A stretch of 64,000 nucleotides of DNA from an uncultured Gemmatimonadales bacterium (GCA_963720365.1 CAVRFK010000004.1:196236-260235); one strand, 5' to 3'; numbered from the stretch's first letter, positions 24,803 through 40,731 are shown. A program made the numbers and translations. The notes: generated by a model not told the origin, from the sequence alone.

Positions 24803-24831
24803 AGTGCTTCCTCCTCCGCCTCGCGCCCCCC

Positions 24832-26802
24832 TCACCCACCCCCCTCGTCGTCTCCGACCGATCCTGCCGATAGTACACATACGCCAGCGACAGCATCACC
24901 AGCGCCAGGAAAAACACGCTCCCGATCCGATACAGCGCATCGAGCGACGACAGATCGAACAACACCACCTTCGCCACCGCGAGCCCCGCGACCGCGAGCC
25001 CCGCCATCCGCATCGGCTTGATCGACCGCCGGAACCCGAACAGGATGAGCGCCGCCGCGAACACCAGCCACCACGCGCTCACCGCGAGCCCCGACGCCAG
25101 CTCCGCCGTCACCGTCGACAGCGACTTCAGCTCGAAGTACCGGCGGATCTCGCCCGTCACGCCGAACAACACCAGCAGCCACGCCACAGCCCACAAGCCC
25201 GAGCGGACCAGCTGCGCCTCGCCCTCCTTCGCCTTCGCCTTGAGAAGTCCGGCCGCCAGCGCACAGCGCGCGGCCGTCACGCCCCAGAGCGCCAGCGCCC
25301 ACGGCCCCACGAACGCTGCGTCGTCCGCGGCGGTGCGCTGCACGGCAGCGCGTCGTTGAACAGGATCTGCGCCGCCGCGACCCAGGTGATGCACGCCGTA
25401 CCAGCGCCCGTCCTTCCGGTTGAGCGGGTGGTCCAGCGCCGGCCAGAGCAGCGAGAGCCCGAGCAGCGCCCACACCTCGGTGAGGCCGTCCCACTGCGCC
25501 TGCACCGCCATCAGCGGTCGCGGCCGAGCCGATGAGCGCGAACGCCGGCCGGGTCACGGAGATAGCCGACGGGCAGGTACGGGAACGCGATCAGCGCCGG
25601 CAGCAGTCCGGGGTCGCGTCGAAGCGGTCGGGCGCCAGCCCGTACGTCGCCCAGCCGAGCAGGAGCGGGGTGATGAAGAAGTACAGCGCCTCGCCGGCCG
25701 ACACCCGCCTCTCGTGCCGGCGCCTGAAGCCGGATCGGCGAGAGCCTCGGATGGCGCAGCGCGTGCCACCACACCGGCGCCGAGAGAATCAGCGCCGCGA
25801 CGAAGACCGGCCAGTGCGGCTCCATGCGGTCGCCGCCGCGGCGCCGATGCACCCAGCCGCCGGAGAAGGTGAGCAGCCGCGTCTCCCACCAGCGCTCGCT
25901 GCAGTCCCACGTAGAGGCCCGCGGTCCCGCCGATCACGCCGTAGAGCAGCAGCGCCACGGCCCCGCGCTGATCGCCGGCGCCACCCGATGCCCAGCCGAA
26001 ATAGCTGGCGGCCACCACGAACATGCGTGAGCCGCCATCTCCGCCGCGCCGCCACCAGCCCGAGCCCCGCCGCCATGCTCGCGAGGTACAGCAGCAGGAC
26101 ATGGTTCGCGTTGGCGTCGTCCCGGCCCAGCAGGACCGGCGCCATGAACGCGCCGAGCGCGGCGATGGTGCCGAGCGCCTGCACGTTGATCGCGTAGGCG
26201 ATCATCGCGAGCGCCACCGACACCAGCGCGAGCCCGACGATGCCCGTGGTGGGCGGGATCACCTCGTACAGCCGGCAGGCCGCCCACACGCTGAGATAGA
26301 TGATCCCGCACCCGGTACCGATCAGCGACGCGCCATACACCCGGTAGCGCTCGTACAGCCGCCAGCCGATCGCGCCGACCACGACGCCGAGCAGCGCGCC
26401 GCCGGTGCACCGCATGACGGGCGAGATCCAGCCGCGCTCGAACGAGAGCTTGAGGAGGTATCCGGTCGCGAGCAGCAGCGCAACGACACCGACAGCGAGG
26501 AAGGCGCGCTGCCCGATCCACTTTTCGTCGAGCACGCTGGACTGCACCGCCGCGGGCCCGCGCATGGGTTGGGGACTCGGCCGGGGGCGGTGGGCCTGTG
26601 GAGGTCCCAACCACTCCGGTAGGGGTGGTGTCGGCGCCGGCTTTGGGATTTCCGGCACCGCTGCTGGCGGCATCTCTGCCAGCGTGGCCTCCTCCACCGG
26701 CGCCCGGCTCGCCGCCACGCCCCGCTGCGTCTGCTCCCGCAGCAGCTGCTCCAGCACCGCCACTCGCCGCTCCAGCCGATCGAGCCGCTCGTCCGTGCTC
26801 AT
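24832..26802 (-). CDS. DUF2339-like polytopic membrane protein (multiple frameshifts; exact stop uncertain)
   Basis: N-terminal coiled coil and Pro-rich linker, EKWIGQR..AVGVVALL, C-terminal AVAKVVLFDLSSLDALYRIGS. Confidence 0.8.
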
Positions 26803-26817
26803 GAGACCCTCGCGTGT

Positions 26818-28026
26818 TTACTTCGCCGCTGGAGCGGCGGAGGCTGCGGGACTGGGCTGAATCTGCAATGCCAGGAAGCCCGCCAGCGCGATGCAGGTGC
26901 CGGCGATGTAGAACGGTGCGCTGTGACCCAGCCGCTGGAACGCCGCGGTCGCCAGCAGCGGCGCGGCCACTCGCGCCATTCCGGCGAACGTCTGCGCCAC
27001 GCCCATCGTGACGCCCAGCTCGCGCGGGTCGGACAGGCGCGACATGAGAGAGGTAGTGGATGGAAAGAGTAACGCCGTCCCGATGGGCACAAGGGGGATG
27101 ACGGCCGCGAAGGCCCACAGCGACGTCGGCTGGGGGTAAACCCACAGGCCGAGCGCCAGCGCGAACGCGCCCACCCGCAGCGTCCACAGCTCGCCCAGGC
27201 GATCCACGATCGGGCCCAGCAGCACGCTCCGCATCACGAACGAGAGGATGCCGATGTACGTGAAGATCGGGCCGATCGTCGTCGCGTCGAGCTTGAACTC
27301 CGCGCCGAGATAGAGCGCCAGCACCGACGTCTGCGACGCGAACGCCATCATGCCGATCCCATAGATCCAGAGCAGCCGCGAGAGCGGCGCGCCCGGATGG
27401 CGGATCGCGGTCCACGCCGGATGCCACACCGGCCGCCGCACCGGCGCGGGCCCCTCGAACTTTACCCGAGACTCCGGCAGCCAGCGCCAGGCGAACCCGA
27501 CGTTGAGCAGGCAGAGCGTCGCCGCCACCAGACCCGGCGCCGCCTGCCCCAGGTGCGCGGAGAACGAGCCGATCACCGGCCCGAACGCGACCCCCGCGGA
27601 GGTCGCGGCGGAGAGCCATCCCAGCGCCTTCGCCCGCTCACGCGGCGCCATGGTGTCGGCCACGTACGCCTGCGCCACCGCCGTGGTGCCGCCGCCCGCG
27701 CCCTGCACGAAGCGGGACAGGAAGAGCAGCCAGAGACTCTCCGCGAACCCGAACACCACGTAGGCGATCGCCGACGCGGTGAGCCCGATCAGCAGCGCGG
27801 GCCGGCGCCCGTAGCGGTCGGAGACCCGCCCCCAGATCGGCGCCGAGATGAGCTGGGCGATGGAGAACGATGCGATGAGAAGCCCGACGATCTCCGGCGT
27901 GGCCTTGAGCTCGAGGGCATAGAACGGCAACAGCGGGAGCACGATCATGAAGCCGACCATGTCCACGAAGTTGACTGCGATGAGAATGGCGAGCCGGCGG
28001 AAGCCGCCTTCTTGCGGTGGCGTCAC
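26818..28026 (-). CDS. MFS transporter (TetA/DHA1-like)
   Basis: APIWGRVSDRYGRRP motif A, AQAYVAD, multiple TM segments; GTGA overlap. Confidence 0.92.
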   Translation of the reverse strand: MTPPQEGGFRRLAILIAVNFVDMVGFMIVLPLLPFYALELKATPEIVGLLIASFSIAQLISAPIWGRVSDRYGRRPALLIGLTASAIAYVVFGFAESLWLLFLSRFVQGAGGGTTAVAQAYVADTMAPRERAKALGWLSAATSAGVAFGPVIGSFSAHLGQAAPGLVAATLCLLNVGFAWRWLPESRVKFEGPAPVRRPVWHPAWTAIRHPGAPLSRLLWIYGIGMMAFASQTSVLALYLGAEFKLDATTIGPIFTYIGILSFVMRSVLLGPIVDRLGELWTLRVGAFALALGLWVYPQPTSLWAFAAVIPLVPIGTALLFPSTTSLMSRLSDPRELGVTMGVAQTFAGMARVAAPLLATAAFQRLGHSAPFYIAGTCIALAGFLALQIQPSPAASAAPAAK

Positions 28027-29684
28027 CCGGCGTTGCCTCCCCGTCCCTGCCCGCCCGAGCCGAGCGCGAACACCGCCCCGCTCACCAGCATCAGCACCAC
28101 GCCGTACGCCGCCGCGACCCCCACGTCCGCCTGCCGCAGGCTGGAGAGGATCTCCAGCGAGATCGGCCGCGTGTCGTAGGTGTAGAGCATGATCGAGGTC
28201 ACGAAGTCTCCGAACGCGGTGACGAAGGCGAGGCTGGCTCCCGCGAGCAGCGCCGGCCGCAGCAGCGGCAGCGTCACTCGGCGCAGCGTCCGCGCGCGCC
28301 CCGCGCCGAGGCTGGCCGCCGCCTCGTCGAGCGAGGGATCGAGCGCGCGCACGCCCGCGCCGATCGCGCGGCTGGTGATGGGCAGGTTCCTTACGAGATA
28401 CGCCAGCGGGAGGATCCAGAGCGTGCCGACCAGGATGAAACGCCCCGTGATCGGCCTGTGCACGCTGAACGCCGTCGCGAGCGCGATCGCGAACACCGTC
28501 CCCGGCACCGCCCACGGCAGCGCGAGCAGCCCCTCGATCGCACGGCGCACCGCCGTCGAGCGCCGCGCGGTGACCAGCGCGCCCGCCAGCGCGATCGCCA
28601 CCGCGGCCACCGTCGCCACCGTCGCGAGCCAGAGGCTGTTGAGCAGCGGGCGCACCCGCACCGGATCCTCCACCAGCGCCACGTAGTTATGCAGCGTGTA
28701 CGCCGGCGGCAGCGGCTCCGTCGTCCAGGTCCCGACCGGCACGAACGACACCAGCACCAGCGTGAGGTGCGGCAGCAGCAGCAGGATCGCGAGCCCCCAT
28801 CCCACCACGCCCGCCATCAGCCGCGCGAACCGTCCGCCGATCGCGACCTGCGCCGGACCCGAGCCCTTCCGCCCTCCCCCGCTGTTGGTCGAGCCCGTGC
28901 GAAAGAGCAGCAACGCGAGCAGCGCCAGCGCCGCGAGCGAAGCGGTCTCGATCATCGCGAGCTGCGTCTCGCCGTTGAGCCGCGTCGCGACGATCTGCGT
29001 CGGCATCACCCGGAACCCGCCGCCGAACACGTACGGGGCGCTGAACGATCCCAGCGCGGTCATGAACGTGAGCAGCGCCGCGCCCGCGAGCGCCGGCTTG
29101 AGATGCGGCAAGCACGACCTTCCGGAGCGTGCGCCACCGCCCGGCGCCGAGACTGGCGGCCGCCTCGAGCTGCGACGCGTCGAGCGACACCAGCGACGCG
29201 CGCACCAGCAGGTAGAAGTAGACGTACATCGAGTAGGCGTGGACCAGCAGGATTGCGCCCGCGCCCTCCAGCCTCCACGGCGGGTCCTCCAGCCGGAAGA
29301 GCCACATGAGCAGCAGCGGGATGAACCCGGTCTCGCCGTAGAGGAAGAGGAACGCCACCACGCCCACCAGCGGCGGCAGCACCGCCGGCAGCGCCACCAG
29401 ACCGCCGAGCACCCGTCCGCCGGGCAGATCGTAGCGCGCCAGCAGGAACGCGAGCGGAATCCCGAGCAGCGCCGCCAGCGCCACGCTCGCGAGCGAGATC
29501 CAGAGGCTGTTGACCAGGGCGCGGATCTCGGTGGGCCGGCCGATGAACTCGCGCGCGTGATCCAGCGTCCACCCTTCGGCGCCGCGCACGCCCTCCGCCA
29601 GGACCAGGATCAGCGGATAGAGCACCAGCCACGCGAGCACCAGCAGCAGCGCCCCGGCCACGAGCGAGCCCGCGCGGCGCGCCC

Positions 29685-29688
<4 letters not shown>
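28023..29688 (-). CDS. ABC transporter permease, FbpB (Fe3+/thiamine/polyamine) type, frameshift near 29110
   Basis: Two EAA loops (LEAAASLGAG, LDEAAASLGAG), LPPLVG, VPGTV. Confidence 0.9.
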
Positions 29689-30755
<1,067 letters not shown>

Positions 30756-30759
<4 letters not shown>

Positions 30760-31764
30760 CGCGCCGCCATCCGCTTGCCTCCCCGGACGTGCCGGTCCCA
30801 GTAACTCATCCACGCGGTGCCCCGCTCCGCCAGCAGCTTCCAGTCCATCTCGGCGACCACCATGTCCGCCTCCACCTCCGCGACCCACGCCGGCACCCGG
30901 TCGGGCGGCAGCTCGTGCCGCGCCGGCAGCCGAAAGACCCCCTGCGCCGCGAGCAGCTGCGCCTCCACCCCGCCGACGTAATCGATGAACGCCTTCGCCG
31001 CCTCCGGGTGATGGCTCCCCCGCACCAGCCCGATCGCGTCGTCAATCACCACCGTACCGCTCCGGGGAAAGGTGTAGCCGAACGGCAGACCCTTGGAGAT
31101 GCCGATCAGGATGTCCGGCAGATCCCAGAGCGTCACCAATCCTTCGGCCCGCGCCAGCTTGGCGTCGAGAATCGCGGGATTGAGCGTGTAGGTCTTGGTG
31201 TACTGGTCCAGCCGCCGCAGCCACTCCATCCCCGCCGCCGTGTCGCCCGTCTGCTGGATGCCGCGGTAGATGATGAGTCCCCAGATCGCCCGCATCGTCC
31301 CGCTCGCCATCGGATCCCGGATCAGGATCTTGTCCCGCCAGCGCGGCTCCAGCACCTCGTCCCAGTCGTGCGGCGCGTCCTCCTGCCGCACGACCTTGTT
31401 GTTGAACGCGATGACGGCGGGCGTCCGATAGACGGGGTAGTACAGATCCGTCGGGCCCGATCCCGTTCGGCCCGACGTGCCCGGCCCACTCGGGCCGGTA
31501 CGGCTGCAGCAGCGAATCCTTGATGCCGAGATCGAAGATCGTCGTCGGCCCGCCGAACCAGACGTCGGCCTGCGGGTTTACTCTCTCAAACCGCAGCCGG
31601 TCGAGGATCTCCTGCGAGCCCATGTCGAGCCACCGGACATCGATGTCCGGCCGCTCGGCCTCAAACGCTTTCTCTAGTAGGATGAGCTGATCGCGGCCAT
31701 GAGGGGAATAGAGGACCACCGGCGTGCGACCGTCGGAGGCACATGCCGTCATCGTGGCTAGCAT
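30756..31764 (-). CDS. ABC transporter substrate-binding lipoprotein, frameshift near 31445; start uncertain
   Basis: MTAC lipobox-like, VVLYSPHG, NPQADVWFGG, PHDWDEVL, EAAKAFIDY. Confidence 0.85.
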
Positions 31765-31780
31765 GATTCCGGAACAGATC

Positions 31781-31991
31781 CACCACGAAGGCACGAAGGG
31801 CAGGAGGGACTCCTTGATCGGGGAACATCATCTCATTCCGCGTGGAGCAGAATTCCGCTTCGATTTTTTTGGTGGTCTCGGAAGCGCCGCTCCTATCACC
31901 ACAAAAAAACTACTGGACCTCCGCCCGACGCGGAATGAGACGTCACTAAAACGACCTAGGAATCCCTCCTACCCTTCGTGCCTTCGTGGTG
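31781..31991. repeat. Three-layer nested palindrome (second copy of the core of 13119-13454)
   Basis: CACCACGAAGGCACGAAGGG / CTCATTCCGCGT / TTTTTGGTGG arms and their inverses in the same order. Confidence 0.9.
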
Positions 31992-32010
31992 AACCAGCCA
32001 CAAATCCATG

Positions 32011-34693
32011 CTACCGCGCCAGCTGCTGGCCAAGCGCAAGAAGATTGGCAAACAATCTCAAAGCCCCCGGAACCCCGGCCGGCAATTGCCGAAAGAAGCT
32101 GAGCCCGGTGTACACGTACGTCCCCTGCCCCACCGGCGCGATCAACAGCCCACCGGCCAGCTCCGCCTCACCGGAGTCGTGCATCTCCAGGATCGGCGTG
32201 TACGTCGAGTCCCAGTTCCGCGCGAAGTAGAGCCCCCGCTCCTGCACCCACCCCTCCCAGTCGCGGTCGGAGATCCGGTTCGGCCGGTTGAGCACCGCGT
32301 GCTCCGGCGTGAGAACCTTCACCGCCGCATTCTCGTCCACTACACGGTCGTGGCTCACCGGCCGATCCTCCGCCGCCGTGACCAGGGGCGACGATCCGTT
32401 CGTCCCGCCGGCATCCGCGTGCAGGCTATCCCCGGCGACAGCGAGCTTCGGTCCCCCGACCGTCATCGGCAGCGGCGCGAAGTTGCTCCGGAAGAACTGG
32501 TGCTGCTGGTACTGCACGATGAGCGTGCCGCCGCCCCGGACATACGAGAGAACCCGCGCATTGTTTTCCACCAGCGCCGAGTCGGTCTCGTAGGCGCGGG
32601 GCCCGATCACGATCACCGGATACCGGCTCAGGTCCTCCCGCTCCAGCGCGCGCGCGTCGAGCAGCGTGACCGGCAGCCCCGCCCGCACCAGCGCCTGCGG
32701 CACCAGGTCCGACGCGCCGCGCACATACCCGATCCGTGCGAGCCGCGGCAACGCGACCGGCGCCAGATGCACCTGCGCCTCCGCCGGCACGAGGTACGAT
32801 CTCGGCCGGATGTGGGGATAGTTCACCGTGAACACGCCAGCGGTGTACTCCCGCCCCGCCGTATCGCGCGCGACCGCGCGAATCGCGGCGCTGGCGCGCC
32901 CGCTGCCGCGCGGGCGGCCGCACCTCGAAGGTGTACGTCTCCCGCTCGTCCTCCCCGATCAGCCGGAACGTCTGCGGCCGCACCTCGGGCCAGCCGTCGG
33001 GCACTACCAGTCCGATCGTGCCGGTCGTCGTGTCGCGCGCGCCGTGCGTCAGCGTGACCGTGAACTGGTGACTCGCCGGCGTGATCAGCGACCAGATGTC
33101 GGTCGCGGGATCCAGCTTCACGTCCACCCGCGGCACGATCGTCAGCGGCCGCCGCACCTCGCCCATCGCCTGGTCGATCATCCGGTAGCTGACTTCGCGC
33201 GTGGCCTCGCCGCCGATGCCCAGCCGCCCGAATCGCGCCGTCGGCGCGGTCGGGCCGAACGGCTCGCCCAGGATGCTGGGGGCGACGCCGCTCCAGTCGT
33301 AGAGCGCGCCCTGGCGCGGGTGGCGGAGGAAGTAGGGCGTCGTGATCGGCGCGAGCGTGTCGGGCCTGAGCGTGACCGTCGCGCGGCGCAGCTCGCCGGG
33401 CGCGAGCGCCATCTCCGTTCCCGAATCCGCCTGCACGTGCCACTCGGCCGACGGCACCACGCCGCCGGCCACCGACATCGAATCGGGCCCCGCGTTCCAC
33501 ACGCTCAGGCTCACCGAGTCCGACTGCCCGGCGATCAGCCGGTCGTCTTCCGACCGCGCGTCGGCGACGAGCCCTGCGGCGATCGCGAGCGCACGCTCGG
33601 TGTGCCGCCGCTGGTCCGCCTGCTCCGGCGTGGAGAACAGCATCTGCGCGCGGGTGTCGTCCGACTGCGGCAGGAGATCGCGCTTGCCGCGGTCGAGCAG
33701 CGTGATGACTCGGCGATACGACCCGGCGCCGAGCGCGGCGCGGGCGCTGTCGGCGCGGGCGGAGAAGCGGCGGCGGGCGGCGGGGCCGTCGCTGTTCGGC
33801 GCGTCGCGCCACGGCATCGCGGCGAGGCTGGTGTCCACGCCGTCGAACAGCCCGCCGCTCCCTTCGTTGCTCCGGTCCTCCACCAGCGCCAGCTCGATCG
33901 GCGAGTGCCCGATCTCCTGCGGCCGCCCCATGTCCTGCGACCGGTGCAGGCTCCGCCCCGCCATCGCGATCTGGCTGTACGACTTCCCGACCGCCCGGTC
34001 GAGCACGCCGGAATCGATCAGCAGCGTGGTGGCGGTGGTGTCGTTCCAGGTGGTGCGGTAGAGCTTGGTCGGGGTCCAGGTGCGGATTCCCTCCTCCCGC
34101 GCCAGCTCGGTGAACCGCGTGCTGTCGCCCGCCGCGGCGAACGCCTCCCGCGCCACCCAGCCCGCCGCCTGGTGCTGGCCGTGCCCGTCCTTCGGCTCGC
34201 CGCTGAACACCGCGACGACGATCTGCGGCCGGTACCTCCGGATGATCCGCACCACGTCCTTGAGCACCGTGTCCTGGGGCCAGTGCTCCCAGGTCTCTTC
34301 GATCGTCTTGGAGTAGCCGAAGTCGTACGCGCGGGTGAAGAACTGCCGGGCCCCGTCGAGCCTCCGCGCCGCCAGCAGCTCTTCGGTCCGGATCAGCCCC
34401 AGCGCCTCGCCCAGCTCGGGACCGATCAGGTTCTGCCCGCCCTCTCCTCTATTGAGCGACAGGTAGGCCGCCTCCGCCCCCATCCCCCGCACCAGCACCG
34501 TCAGCAGCTCCGTATCCTCGTCGTCCGGGTGCGCCCCGATCATCAAGACCCGCCGGTAGTGCCCCAGCATCCGCAGCTCCTGGTCGAGCGCGACCACGCC
34601 GCCGGTGCTGGGCGGCTCGAGCTGGGCGTCGAGCCGCCCGGCAGGCAGAAGCAGGGCGAGCACTAGGAGCCGGCGGATGTACGGAAGGCGCAA
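32011..34693 (-). CDS. PIG-L/LmbE family deacetylase with NEW3-like and C-terminal GATase-like domains, frameshift near 32890
   Basis: GAHPDDED, RGEGGQN, DFGYSK, HGQHQ, HRSQ; WVQERGLYF, FFRQLPAGVPGA; TTG start after GGAG. Confidence 0.88.
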
Positions 34694-34787
34694 GACGAAA
34701 CTCCAGGCATTGGCTATTGAGATAGGAAAGCTACACCGTTCTGGAACCTCGGCGGAACGTCTCAGAAGGGTAGGTCCTGAAGAGGAG

Positions 34788-34985
34788 AACAGAGGCACAG
34801 AGGCCACGGAGAAACAGCAGGAAAAGACAAGGGCACGAAGGTCACGAAGGACACAAAGAAAAACAACAAAAAAAGTTGTTGTTCTTCGTGCCCTTCGTGT
34901 CCTTCGTGCCTTCGTGGTGAAGTCTTTTAGGAGGTGAGGCGGGGCGGCTCGGGGAAGCCCCTCCGTGTCCTCCGTGCCTCTGTTC
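34788..34985. repeat. Nested inverted arrays of 8-9-mers (ACAGAGGC / ACGAAGGAC types)
   Basis: AACAGAGGCACAGAGGCCACGGAG..CTCCGTGTCCTCCGTGCCTCTGTT enclosing GCACGAAG..CTTCGTG arrays and an A/T-rich core hairpin. Confidence 0.85.
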
Positions 34986-35005
34986 CCAAACAAAACACCA
35001 GCCGA

Positions 35006-35512
35006 TCAGTGGAGCGGCGCCGCCCCCAGCGGAGTGTCCTGAATCGACCGCCGAAACGCCGGATGCCGGATCCAGAGATACGCCCCCATGCTGACCGCCG
35101 CGAGCGTATTCGCCGAGACGACCGCCCAGAACGGGAACAGCGCCCCCGTGCCCTCCGAGAGCACCTCGAGCACCCCGTAGAACATCACCTCGAAGGCGAG
35201 GAACACCGGCAGCAGCGCGTACCGGACGACCGAGTTCTCGGTCCCCCAGTGCACCAGCGCGACCAGCCCCATGCCGAGCAGGGCAAAGACCACGAAATGG
35301 AAGGCCGTGTAGAGCAGCACCGCGCCGAAGACGACCTGGCCCGTGTCGGGCGTGGCGTCGCCCATGAGGACGACCTGGCCCAGGAGGCTGGGCGTGAGCA
35401 TGGGCCGGCCGGCGATGGTGTCGAGGATCAGGAACCAGATTGCCACCGCGAGGCCGCCGATGATCCCGACATCGGTGCCTTCGGCGGTGATGGAATGCGA
35501 GCGTTCGACCAT
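35006..35512 (-). CDS. Hypothetical membrane protein (paralog 1)
   Basis: GGAG RBS; W..ILDTIAGRPMLTPSLLG, YTAFH; several TM segments. Confidence 0.8.
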   Translation of the reverse strand: MVERSHSITAEGTDVGIIGGLAVAIWFLILDTIAGRPMLTPSLLGQVVLMGDATPDTGQVVFGAVLLYTAFHFVVFALLGMGLVALVHWGTENSVVRYALLPVFLAFEVMFYGVLEVLSEGTGALFPFWAVVSANTLAAVSMGAYLWIRHPAFRRSIQDTPLGAAPLH

Positions 35513-35574
35513 GTGATCTCCTGCGGAGAGCCTGTCTATCACAGTGGCGTCTGCGCCGCCGGAGCGCAAGGCGA

Positions 35575-36111
35575 TCACACGCTTCCACCCCGCGGCGGCC
35601 CCGGGGAATGGTGCGTCGCCGTCACCTCGTCGCCCAGCGGTACCTCCGACCGCAGCCGCGGGTGACGGCTTAGCAGAAACCATCCCATCCCCGCCACTCC
35701 AACCAGCGAGCCACCGGCGACCGACCAGAGCGGAACTCGCTCTCCCGTGGCGGTCGTCAGCAAGTAAGTCAGCCCGGTCAGGAAGAAGAACACGACCACA
35801 AGTCCCATCCAGAGTCCCATCCGGAGGGAGAGGTTCCGCGACGCCATGTGGACCAGCAGCGTCAGCACCGTCCCGACGACGGCGAAGATGAGCAGGTGGA
35901 GGAGGGTGTAGCCCGCCACGACCCCGGGCACGATGTGCCGAATGCCCGGCTCCAGGTCGCCACGGAAAAACACCTTCCCCAGCACGTTAGGCGTATGGAA
36001 CGGCCGTCCCGCGGCCATGTCGAAGACGAAGTACCAGGTGGCGACAAGTGCCGCCCCCAGCAGTCCGGCGAGGAGGCCCTCGCGGACGGTGGAGTGTTCC
36101 TGCGCGTGCAT
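35575..36111 (-). CDS. Hypothetical membrane protein (paralog 2)
   Basis: AGGAG RBS; W..VFDMAAGRPFHTPNVLG, YTLLH; alignable with paralog 1. Confidence 0.8.
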   Translation of the reverse strand: MHAQEHSTVREGLLAGLLGAALVATWYFVFDMAAGRPFHTPNVLGKVFFRGDLEPGIRHIVPGVVAGYTLLHLLIFAVVGTVLTLLVHMASRNLSLRMGLWMGLVVVFFFLTGLTYLLTTATGERVPLWSVAGGSLVGVAGMGWFLLSRHPRLRSEVPLGDEVTATHHSPGPPRGGSV

Positions 36112-36136
36112 CCCCGCTCCTGGCTGAAAGTGACGG

Positions 36137-36526
36137 CTAACAGGCTGCCACAGCATAGGATGGGACGATGCGAAGAAGCTGTGTCGGCGTCACCCGCTCG
36201 GCGGCCGCGCGGGCGTTCTCGCACTGGGCGCAGGGGCAGGAGGTGAGCAGTCCCTGGAAGGTGTAGATCCCGGTATCGTGCCGGTCGCTCCACCGGACCT
36301 TGAGCCCGTACGCCCCGACCAGCGCCAGCGACATCGGCCGCACGTCCTCGGGCACCGTGGCCGGATCGAGCAGCGGCCGCCCGCTCATTTCATCCAGGCA
36401 GGCCGCGCACGGACAGCCGAGCCGCAGCGGCCGGGCGGGGTACCAGCCCTGGTGGCCGGCAGTGTCCCATTCGATGAGGATCCCGCCGTCGCGGCGGGTG
36501 ATGGCATGGGGAACGGGGACGGGCAT
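36137..36526 (-). CDS. DUF971 / GBBH-like N-terminal domain protein
   Basis: LRLGCPCAAC, VGAYGLKVRWSDRHDTGIYTF, CPCAQC. Confidence 0.85.
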   Translation of the reverse strand: MPVPVPHAITRRDGGILIEWDTAGHQGWYPARPLRLGCPCAACLDEMSGRPLLDPATVPEDVRPMSLALVGAYGLKVRWSDRHDTGIYTFQGLLTSCPCAQCENARAAAERVTPTQLLRIVPSYAVAAC

Positions 36527-36548
36527 GGTGGATGATAGCAGGGGTGGA

Positions 36549-36744
36549 CGGTCAGGCGGAGCGGAGGCGGTCAGGCGGTCAGGCGGTCAGGCGGTCAGGC
36601 GGTAGGCACGAAGCGATCTGTCATCCCGAGCGCAGCGAGGGATCTTGCTCGCCGAGGTTCGAGCCGGCCGGCAAGATCCCTCGCTAAGCTCGGGATGCAT
36701 CCCTACCGCACCCGTCCGCCTGACCGCCTGACCGCCTGACCGCC
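36549..36744. repeat. Composite repeat (AGGCGGTC)n - TGTCATCCCGAGC palindrome - (GACCGCCT)n
   Basis: Same architecture as 6190-6383, here between divergent genes. Confidence 0.9.
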
Positions 36745-36805
36745 GGGTGGTGCGGTGCGGCGGCACGGTCCCCCTATATTTCAACCAACTCAACACGGAC
36801 CCCCG

Positions 36806-39600
<2,795 letters not shown>

Positions 39601-39601
39601 C

Positions 39602-39991
39602 GGTGCTCGGTGGAGCGAGCGGCGGAAGCGACACCGGGCGCTACGGACGCTCCGGCTCGGAGCCCGGGCAAACTGCGCCCGGAATCTCCTCGACCTGCGC
39701 GTCCTAACGCGCCCTGGCGTCGCTCCCGCCGCCCGCTCCACCCCAGGCTTCGATCCCCGCAGTGCGCCCCATTGTCAGCCTGAGCGAAGCGAAGGCGCCG
39801 AACCCCCGCGCTGGCTGATATGCCTCCACCCGCACGTGTCAGCTGCGTCGACCATACTCGATGGAGCGGGCGCCGGGAGCGACACCTGAGCGCGTTAGGA
39901 CGCGCAGGAGAGGAGATTCCGGGCGCTGTTTGCCCGGGCTCCGACCCGGAGCGTCCGTAGCGCTCGGTGTCGCTCCCGGCGCCCGCTCCAT
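39602..39991. repeat. Cluster of two inverted hairpin elements each with the 73-bp module, plus a TGTCA half repeat
   Basis: Modules at 39639-39711 and 39891-39962, each within TGGAGCG..GCGACACC / G(C/T)GTCGC..CGCTCCA arms. Confidence 0.88.
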
Positions 39992-40144
39992 TCGATCCGA
40001 GCCCTGCTGCAAAAGCGCCGCACCGCAAGCGTGACGTGCATCGCCGCAGCCCCAGACGGCGCTCCCTATCTTGCCCCCGATTCAGCGAACCGGAACCAAC
40101 CAACGCGCCGGCGCCGAGCCGTGTGCTCGACCGAGGGGGAGCCA

Positions 40145-40702
40145 ATGCTGCAGCGTCAGGACCCGGAGTGGGTGATCTGGCCCGTGTCGTGGAGCGCCAT
40201 CTGGGTAGGGGCCCTGACCGCCCTGGCCATCGGGGTCCTCATCGGCCTGATCGGGCTCGCGCTGGGCGCCAACGAGGCGGCCCAGTACGTGGATTGGAAG
40301 AAGGTCCATCTGATCAGCCTCATCTTCACGGTGGGCGGCGCCTTCTTCGGCTACGTCGCCGGCGGCTGGGCGGCCGCGCGGATCGCGGGCCGGGTGCGGT
40401 CGGAGCCGGCCATGCTGCACGGCGCGATCGTATGGCTGGTGACCATTCCGGTGTTGCTGATCCTCGGTGCCCTCGGCGCCGTCGGCCACGTCGGAGGCTG
40501 GTATGGCGGCCTCGCGGCCATGGCTGCCGATGCCTCGTCCCTTTCGACCGAAGAGATGGCCACGGCGGTACGCAACAACGCCCTCGCGACGGCCGCGGCG
40601 CTCCTGATCGGCTTGATGGGCGCCGTGATCGGCGGATGGATGGCGTCCGGCGAGCCCATGACCTTCACCCACTACCGCACGCGCGATCGCGCGGCGGTTT
40701 AA
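40145..40702 (+). CDS. Hypothetical membrane protein (VSWSAIWVG family)
   Basis: GGGGGAG RBS; VSWSAIWVGA, AGGWAAARIAG, HGAIVW; about 4 TM segments. Confidence 0.8.
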   Translation: MLQRQDPEWVIWPVSWSAIWVGALTALAIGVLIGLIGLALGANEAAQYVDWKKVHLISLIFTVGGAFFGYVAGGWAAARIAGRVRSEPAMLHGAIVWLVTIPVLLILGALGAVGHVGGWYGGLAAMAADASSLSTEEMATAVRNNALATAAALLIGLMGAVIGGWMASGEPMTFTHYRTRDRAAV

Positions 40703-40731
40703 CTGGACCTTACGCGCGAAGGAGCGTACCG

